DNA of 64,000 nt from an uncultured Eubacteriales bacterium (GTDB lineage Bacteria; Bacillota; Clostridia; Peptostreptococcales; Anaerovoracaceae). The translations under genes and the position numbers were made by a program. Below the pieces are notes generated by a model. The model was not told the DNA's origin and did no database searches. It worked only from the letters and a program-made list of their open reading frames with translations. The stretch is from assembly GCA_902790905.1 (NCBI GenBank), contig CADATO010000007.1, forward strand, positions 3,734 to 67,733. Reading direction: 5' to 3'. Of the stretch, positions 18,146 to 25,000 are shown piece by piece. The first letter of the stretch is position 1, and each line of letters begins with the position of its first letter.

Positions 18146-18222
18146 GCGATTCCGCATGCAAAAGGTTGCGGGATTGCGGCGGATAGGGTAAAATCCAGAT
18201 ATAAATCGATGGGAGGAATATA

Positions 18223-18567
18223 ATGGCGAATAAAAAAGTCAGCAGTAAAAAGAAAAAGAGCCAGCCGAGAGGGCAGCAGAATGCCCAGAAGAAGGCGGCT
18301 CCGAAGAAAGAGGAAGTGCGCGACGTCGTCACCCTGGAGTTCGATGACGGCAAGGAGCAGGCGTGCTTCATAGAAGGCATCTTCGACTGCGGCGGCCAGG
18401 ACTATATCGCACTGGTGCCGGATGACAAGTCGGGCGATGTCTACATCTATAAGTACATCCAGATCGACGAGGAAAACTACCGTCTGGAGGATGAAGCGGA
18501 CGAAGAAAAGTTCGCTGCAGCGGTACGCGAGTACGAAGATATTGTTGGGTATAAAAGAGAGGCGTAA
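18223..18567 (+). CDS. DUF1292 family protein with a Lys-rich N-terminal extension
   Basis: 114 aa. The core VTLEFDDGKEQACFIEGIFDCGGQDYIALVPDD fits the DUF1292 pattern. RBS GGGAGGA. Confidence 0.7.
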   Translation: MANKKVSSKKKKSQPRGQQNAQKKAAPKKEEVRDVVTLEFDDGKEQACFIEGIFDCGGQDYIALVPDDKSGDVYIYKYIQIDEENYRLEDEADEEKFAAAVREYEDIVGYKREA

Positions 18568-18581
18568 GCCGGAGGTGAACC

Positions 18582-18860
18582 ATGACTGATCAGAAAGACG
18601 AAAAAGAATATCTGACCTTGTCCTTTGACGACGGCGAAGACGTCGAATACGAAGTGCTTGGCGTGATTGATGTAGAAGAGAAGACCTACATTGTCATGGT
18701 GCCTGAGACCGATCAGGACAGCATCGAGATCTTTGGTCTCGAAGACGTGGATGACGATCCGGAGACGGAAGAAATCATCATGATCGATGACGACGAAGAA
18801 TACATGAAGGTCGTCAACGCGCTGCGCGACATGGGTTTCTCCATCGAGATGGACGAGTAA
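18582..18860 (+). CDS. DUF1292 family protein
   Basis: 92 aa. LTLSFDDGEDVEYEVLGVIDVEEKTYIVMVPE plus an acidic tail. RBS GGAGGTG. Confidence 0.75.
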   Translation: MTDQKDEKEYLTLSFDDGEDVEYEVLGVIDVEEKTYIVMVPETDQDSIEIFGLEDVDDDPETEEIIMIDDDEEYMKVVNALRDMGFSIEMDE

Positions 18861-18893
18861 TCGCTTCGTAAGACCATCCGCAGAAGCAAGGTA

Positions 18894-18935
18894 AAAAAAG
18901 AAGCACCGTCGCCGGACCTGGCGAGGTGCTTTTTC
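18894..18935. terminator. Bidirectional terminator between DUF1292 and the lysozyme gene
   Basis: aagcacc (18901-18907) pairs with ggtgctt (18925-18931). An inner stem tcgcc/ggcga is present. An A-run lies upstream and a T-run downstream. Confidence 0.7.
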
Positions 18936-18966
18936 ATTGCGTATCTTGTCAGGGCAGGGGGAGACC

Positions 18967-19848
18967 TTACAGCTCCTGCAGGTCTTCATAGGAGCCGTTG
19001 AATACATCAAGATCGATGTACGGCTCCTCGCCGCTGTATCCCTCCAGCTGCCCTTCATAGGAGTACTGGCAGAACAGCCACGGATTGCCGTCCGGCAGGG
19101 TGGCAGGCAGACTGTGGTCGGCGATCCAGATCGGATTGTCGTAGACGCCTGCGATGTATTTGGTGTAGAGGTATGTCGTGGTGTAGATGATCGGCTGCTT
19201 GCCGTATTGCTCTTCGAGTGCTGCAAGGATCGGGTCGAGCGTTTCCCGGAAATGCGTCTGCGAAGGCGGTTCATTGAGGAATTCGTCATACAGCTCAATG
19301 TCGACGACCGGCGGCAGGGCATCTTTATCTTTGGGAACGGTGCTGATAAAGCTGGCCGCCTGTTCGGAGCCCGGCGTACGGAAACTCATGAAGTGGTACG
19401 CGCCGTAGCGCATGCTGTCGCAGTGTTTGGCTGCCTTCCAGTTCTCCTGGAATTTCTGGTCCACCCAGGAATTGCCTTCCGTGGCTTTGATGAAGACAAA
19501 CTGGATGCCCTGTTCGTTGAGCATGTCAAAGTCTATCTCGCCCTGGTAGTTGGACACGTCTACGCCCTGGGTATAGACGACTTCCTCCGCCTGTTCTTCG
19601 CTGAGCGGAACGTCGATCAGCGGCCTGATTGTGGAGGCGGGGCTGCCACCATGCACCAGGATGATGATCAGAAGGATGAGAACGCCGGCAGCAGCCAGCG
19701 CAAGCCAGCGCGCGCGCTTCGGGTTCTCTGTGAAAAGGCGCTGCAAAAGACCGTCTGCAAAGGTGCTTCCGGCACCTCTGGTGCGCCGGTTGGCGGTGCG
19801 GCGGGACTTGCCGGATGATGCAGTTCTCTTCCTTACTTCGCGTTTCAT
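18967..19848 (-). CDS. Glycoside hydrolase family 25 lysozyme (muramidase) with an N-terminal membrane anchor
   Basis: 293 aa. After a basic N-terminus and a TM helix comes GVDVSNYQGEIDFDMLNEQGIQFVFIKATEG, typical of GH25. Confidence 0.8.
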   Translation of the reverse strand: MKREVRKRTASSGKSRRTANRRTRGAGSTFADGLLQRLFTENPKRARWLALAAAGVLILLIIILVHGGSPASTIRPLIDVPLSEEQAEEVVYTQGVDVSNYQGEIDFDMLNEQGIQFVFIKATEGNSWVDQKFQENWKAAKHCDSMRYGAYHFMSFRTPGSEQAASFISTVPKDKDALPPVVDIELYDEFLNEPPSQTHFRETLDPILAALEEQYGKQPIIYTTTYLYTKYIAGVYDNPIWIADHSLPATLPDGNPWLFCQYSYEGQLEGYSGEEPYIDLDVFNGSYEDLQEL

Positions 19849-19933
19849 ATCGACATGATAACAAAAATATGTGATTGTAGCAAAAAATCAGTTTGCATGC
19901 CGTCTCCAAGTGTGCTATATTAAATGAGTGCTT

Positions 19934-20020
19934 GCGGATGTGGCGGAATTGGCAGACGCGCACGGTTCAGGTCCGTGTGAATGCAAGTTCATGGGGGTTC
20001 GAATCCCTTCATCCGCACCA
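19934..20020 (+). tRNA. tRNA-Leu (anticodon CAG), class II, encoded CCA
   Basis: GCGGATG acceptor, anticodon arm cacgg-TTCAGGT-ccgtg, long variable arm, T-loop GGTTCGAATCC, CATCCGC-A-CCA 3' end. Confidence 0.85.
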
Positions 20021-20023
20021 AAG

Positions 20024-20053
20024 AAAAAAGAACGGCTTTAGCAGTTCTTTTTT
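20024..20053. terminator. A/T-rich bidirectional hairpin terminator after tRNA-Leu and after the convergent minus-strand gene
   Basis: aaaaaagaac (20024-20033) pairs with gttctttttt (20044-20053). Confidence 0.5.
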
Positions 20054-20077
20054 CTTTTTTGTAACAAAGGGATTCGA
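20051..20077 (-). other. tRNA 3'-end-like fragment (T-arm plus acceptor strand only); not a complete tRNA
   Basis: The minus strand reads CCGTCAGGGTTCGAATCCCTTTGTTAC. It has a canonical GGTTCGAATCC T-loop, but no matching 5' half, D arm or anticodon arm. Confidence 0.4.
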
Positions 20078-20106
20078 ACCCTGACGGCGCGAGCCATTTT
20101 GCGTAG

Positions 20107-20478
20107 TTAGTCTGCGACGTTGATCCAGACGGTGATGACCGCCAGCGCAACGAGGATGTTCGTCTTGGGCATGCCGTTCAGCGCGATACCCTCCGGGTCT
20201 GCGCCGCCTTTGTGCGCGCGCACGGTCACATCGTCGTACATGAAGGCCATGTAGTCCTTGACCATCTGCTCGTCCACTTCTTCGGGACTGGGCACATAGA
20301 CATCGATGTCCAGCCGCACCTGTCCTTTCTTATCCAGAATGCCGTGGATCTCGCTCATGCCGGCCATGCAGCAGTGGTGCATCGCATCCGCCAGTGCTTT
20401 TTTGACTGCGTTGTTGGTGTCGGCGCCGTGGACGTCGACGCCCTGCCCGATCTCGATATTGTATCTTTTGAAAGCCAT
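20107..20478 (-). CDS. Lin0512-family conserved hypothetical protein
   Basis: About 123 aa starting MAFKRYNIEIGQGVDVHGADTNNAVKKALADAMHH, as I recall for the Lin0512_fam pattern. AAGGAG lies 6 nt upstream of the ATG at 20478. Confidence 0.55.
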   Translation of the reverse strand: MAFKRYNIEIGQGVDVHGADTNNAVKKALADAMHHCCMAGMSEIHGILDKKGQVRLDIDVYVPSPEEVDEQMVKDYMAFMYDDVTVRAHKGGADPEGIALNGMPKTNILVALAVITVWINVAD

Positions 20479-20704
20479 TAGCAACTCCTTTGGATCTGAT
20501 AATATGTGTGTTTCATGGAATCGCTCTGCCGGGGCGATTCCTTTTTCATTTTATACCCGCTGTACCGCCGATGCAAACGGATGTATTTTTGGTGTATAAC
20601 GGTTGTAAAAAGGATGCATCGTGTGATAATGGAGATACAGGATTTAAACCGCTTAACCGCTGCGCTAAAAGCAGACACAGCATGCGCGAGGAAGGAGAAA
20701 CCCG

Positions 20705-21550
20705 ATGATGACTGTGGAAGAAATGAAGGCGAAGAAGAAAGCATTGGGGCTCAGCAATGCGAAGATCGCAGAACTCTCCGGTCTGCCGATCGGTACTGTG
20801 CAGAAAGTTTTTTCCGGGGAAACAAAGGCGCCGCGCTTTAAGACGCTCGCCGCGATCGAGGCGGTGCTGCAGAGTGTGGGGCAAGGGATGGCAACCGGTT
20901 CCAAAGTGGCCGAGGAGGCTTTTTCGTATCAGGTTTCTGAAAAAGATGTGAATATGCCTGCGGGTAAACGGCAGGGCGAGTTCACTTTGGAGGACTACTA
21001 TAATATGCCGGAAGACTGGCGGGGCGAGCTGATCGATGGATGCCTCTATCAGCTCAATGCACCGAGCCTTCCGCATCAGCATTATACTGCGATGATGTAC
21101 CATGAGGTCATGAAGTGTAAAGAGGAGCATGGCATGCCCTGCTGGCCGTTCATGTCCCCGGCCGGAGTGCAGCTCGACCGGGACGAAAAGACATTCCTGC
21201 TGCCGGATTTCCTGATTGTCTGTGATCCGGAAAAGGTCATTCGGCGCTGCGTTTACGGTGCGCCGGACTTTGTGGCGGAGGTGCTGTCGCCGTCTACGCG
21301 CAAGAGGGACCGTACATTGAAAGCATACAAGTATGCGAATGCCGGCGTGAGAGAGTACTGGATGATCGACGAAGACGGCGGGACGGTCGTGGTCTATGAC
21401 TTTGAACACGATGCGCCGACTAAGATTTACTCGATCCATGACGAAGTGCCCATCGGCATCAGTGATGGGCTGTGCGTCATCGATTTTGGGAAGCTCACGG
21501 ATCAGATCAAAGGCTTTGTTTCGGAAACGCCTCCTCCCGGGTGGGAGTAA
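20705..21550 (+). CDS. Fusion protein: N-terminal XRE-type HTH domain plus C-terminal Uma2 (DUF820) PD-(D/E)xK endonuclease domain
   Basis: The HTH is LGLSNAKIAELSGLPIGTVQKVFSG. Uma2 hallmarks are ELIDGCLYQLNAPSLPHQ, PDFLIVCD, APDFVAEVLSPSTRKRDRTLKAYKYANAGVREYWMID. Confidence 0.75.
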   Translation: MMTVEEMKAKKKALGLSNAKIAELSGLPIGTVQKVFSGETKAPRFKTLAAIEAVLQSVGQGMATGSKVAEEAFSYQVSEKDVNMPAGKRQGEFTLEDYYNMPEDWRGELIDGCLYQLNAPSLPHQHYTAMMYHEVMKCKEEHGMPCWPFMSPAGVQLDRDEKTFLLPDFLIVCDPEKVIRRCVYGAPDFVAEVLSPSTRKRDRTLKAYKYANAGVREYWMIDEDGGTVVVYDFEHDAPTKIYSIHDEVPIGISDGLCVIDFGKLTDQIKGFVSETPPPGWE

Positions 21551-21606
21551 ATGATCCGTTTGGGTTATATGGAATTGTCAGAATACAAGGTCTACTTGTT
21601 TATTTG

Positions 21607-21635
21607 TTGACACTGGTCTAAGGCGGTGATATATT
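21607..21635 (+). promoter_or_regulatory. SigA-type promoter with extended -10, driving riboswitch 1
   Basis: TTGACA (21607-21612), 17-nt spacer containing TGa, TATATT (21630-21635). Confidence 0.65.
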
Positions 21636-21654
21636 CGTTGCGCAAATCTTAATA

Positions 21655-21842
21655 CTTTGCAGTGCAGACGGTAACAGTCTGATAATAGGGAACCAGGTGC
21701 AAATCCTGGACGATCCGGTCACTGTGAATGGGGAGTGTCCCGAGAGATACCATTGGGCATGTACCAGCGCCAGCCGGCGCCGCGGCATGTTTGAGAAGGT
21801 TCGGGCTACACGATGATCCATGAGTCAGGAAACCTGCTGCAG
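21655..21842 (+). promoter_or_regulatory. Cobalamin (B12) riboswitch aptamer, copy 1
   Basis: Conserved core AATAGGGAACCAGGTGCAAATCCTGG...CCGGTCACTGTGAA...GGGA... and B12 box GAGTCAGGAAACCTGC (21822-21837). P1 is ctttgcag/ctgca. Called by eye and not checked with a covariance model. Confidence 0.85.
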
Positions 21843-21921
21843 CGTGAGATTGGAATTGCTTCCGGAGAAAGCGCGTCCAACGATACAAGACGTTCTTACG
21901 TTGTTATCATGTGTCAATGAG

Positions 21922-21955
21922 CCTGCTTTCCGCGCAATGAGAAAGCAGGTTTTTT
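21922..21955 (+). terminator. Riboswitch 1 expression-platform terminator
   Basis: cctgctttc (21922-21930) pairs with gaaagcagg (21941-21949), followed by TTTTTT. It lies 68 nt before the start codon. Confidence 0.75.
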
Positions 21956-22023
21956 CATGGCGGAACCTTTTTCAGGAGTTTTCCGGAAGAATACGTTGTT
22001 GTTCTAGTTAGAAAGGAAAGGTA

Positions 22024-25000
22024 ATGAAAAAAGGTATTAGGAGAGTCATAGTGCTCCTTCTGGCACTGTCGATGGTCTTCACCACGACGGGCCTGCCTGC
22101 CTTTGCGGATACATCTGCATCCGGAGGTGCAGTTGCGACCGTACAGGGCACGGAGGATGCCACGCTCGAAAGTGTGCTGGAAAGAATCGGCGCTCTTTCC
22201 AATGATCCGAGGAACTTTACTGCTGACGATCAGGAAAGTATTGAAGCACTGTTTGCTGACTACAACGCTCTAAGCGCGGAGGATCAGGCGACCGTCGACA
22301 ATACGTTCCAGCATCCATCCGGCGATGGTCAGTCGTACGGCCGCATCCTTGAAGCGGCCCTTTGGACAGTGCGTTCGTTCAATACGGATACGAGCACAAC
22401 GCTCGCGAACGGAACCTATACCACAACGACAGAAAGAGCTGTCAGCTCCGTTTCGGACAAAGGCAAGAGCGATTCGAGCCGTACGAGGAACTGGTGGGTC
22501 GAGAGCGTTGTCGTAGAGAATGGTCAGGCCAAGGCTTATATTTATGTAACGTCCGGTGCGGCAACGGCAAGCAAACTGACCAGTTATCCGAGCGTATGGA
22601 TCGGCGGCAAGAGCGTCGAGAGAGATGAGAATAACAACTACGAGATCCCGGTGGACCTGAATGGAAGAACGTATTTTGGCGGTGTCTCCAGCAGCATGCC
22701 CAGACCCATTATGTATGCGCTGGACACCACGATTGAAGAACCTGCTGCGGAGGAGGATGCGGATTACAGCGTGGTAGATGCTGCGATAGCTGCGATCCCG
22801 GCTGACCTGAGCATTTATACAGATGAGAGCGTACAGGCACTGAACGCAGCAGTCGATGCAGTCGTACGCGGCAAGAAGGCTTCTGAACAGGACGCTGTCG
22901 ATGCTATGGCGGCAGCAATCAATGCCGCGATTGCTGCGCTGGAGGAAAAGACTCCTGCGCCGTCAGATGAAACCGTCTACACAGGCGACGACATCGAATT
23001 CAGCCATACAGGCAAAGACTTTGAACTGGTTGCGTGCGATAAAGTGATCGTTTCTGACACCGGCGCTGTTGCGGAAATCAAGCTTCAGTTCCCGGATCAA
23101 ATCGGTATTGAGCGCATCGCGCAGACAACTAAGGAGCCGACTGATACATCGCATGATCTGCAGTTCAAAAGCGACAGCCAGAAAATCGCGACAGTAATGG
23201 TTCCTGTTACGCTTGGTGAAGAAACCTCGCTATACGCTCTGGACGACGAGTTTGGAGAATGGTGGAATACTAAAATCACGGTCAATGTCACTGCACAGCA
23301 GCCTGACACACCTGAGGTCACGGAGCTCGAGATCGAGAATGAACAGGCTATGTTCAAGGCTGTCAGCGCTTCTCTTGAGACATATTCGGACGGCAGCCGC
23401 GTTCTCGTGTTCGCGCTGTCCAGCACAGGTTATATCGGTCTTTACAAAGGAACATACCCCGAAGCCGTTCAGGATAAAGATGCGATCGTCGCTGCGCTTG
23501 AGGCAAACGAGAGCACAGATAAGACCATCGTTTATCAGAAGAATGCAGACGGCAAATACGAGTTCCGCATCCCGCTGGATGAGGGACAGACATACATCCC
23601 GCTGATCTCAGTGTCGGCGAGAGGTTTCCAGAACCGTGCGACACAGCCCATCGAAGAGAAAGGCTTCTACGCCCGTCAGATTGAATTGCGCAATGACGGG
23701 ACAAAAATGTGGCTGGGCGACTACAATGAGACGACCGAGTTCACGCTGTCCACAGAACTGGAAGATTTCAAAGCTGAGACAGCTGTTTCTACCACCATCA
23801 AGGGTGGCCCTGTAAATAACAACTACAGTGTTGTGCCTACGATCACAATGCTGGATGGGACTTATGACTCTGTCACCTACCCGTCTGTTGTGAACAACGC
23901 AGTCAGCACTAAGACTGCAGCTCTCGAAGACGGCAAGTTCGTCATCAATATGGAGAATGCGCCGAACAAGAAGGCGTTCCAAGATAAGACGCCGCTGACA
24001 TTCACGTTCCATGTCGCAGAAGATGCTCCTTATGCGGAGGCGGGTACTGACGTAGAGCGTACGGTGACGTTCGACCAGATTGCCAAGACCGTTACCGTTG
24101 AAGGCACCGCACTGACGCCGAAGACAGAGCCTGTACTGGCGGACGGTACGTACACCGCCACAAAGGTGTCCACAGATGTCACCACAGATGCCAGTGGTAT
24201 GATCATGGTCACAAAGGCGACCGTTGTCATCAAAGACGGTCAGGCGACCGCCATCGTCACCATGAAGGGCACAGGCGCTGACAGACTTTATATCTCGGAT
24301 ACGGCGACAAAAGACACGATTATTAGTGAGGCGGTAGCGGAAGAGGCAAAAGAGATCGATGGTCAGTTCTCCAACCTCATCGGCTGTTACAATATGGAAG
24401 GTGAGAGCGCTTACAGCTTCTGGCCCATCCCGATCGAGCTTGGTACACCTAAAATCTACGCAGCCCGTTCCGCAAGCCATTTCAACAAGTGGGATACACC
24501 CCGCGAAAAATATTTCTACGTGCATGACTTCCAGATCGACGCAGCTGACCTTGTGCGCGTCAGTGATTCCACAGACATCATGTCGCCCGAAATCGACGCG
24601 GAGGTGCTCGTCAATCAGTTCTACGTGAACAATGGCATTTCCAGCAATCATGCAGGTGTCATCAAGGCAAAGAACGCAAATGTCACGGTGCCGTATTATG
24701 ATGGCGACACCAAGATTTCGAGCTTCAATTTCAAGCGTCCTGATGCGAGCGAGTATGTATCGGGCTGGTTCATCGACAACGATGGTCTGAACATGCTTAC
24801 AAGCAACAGCAAGAAGAAGGTCCGGTACCCCGGCTTTACGAGCGCGTTCTCGATGTCGAGTACAAAACGCGATGCCGGTGGGACATTCACAGCAACGCTG
24901 AAACTGTATCCTGCGGGCACGAATTACTATGAATACGATGCATCGGGTGTGCATTATTACACAGATTCCGATCATACCACTCCGGCAGAACCGGTTTTCG

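Noticed and set aside
18967-21550. Possible prophage remnant: GH25 lysozyme, tRNA, tRNA fragment and an HTH-nuclease gene.
   Set aside because: There are no capsid, tail, terminase, holin or repressor/antirepressor genes. The lysozyme has its own membrane anchor, like a housekeeping autolysin. Only the tRNA-fragment observation is kept, as a low-interest finding.
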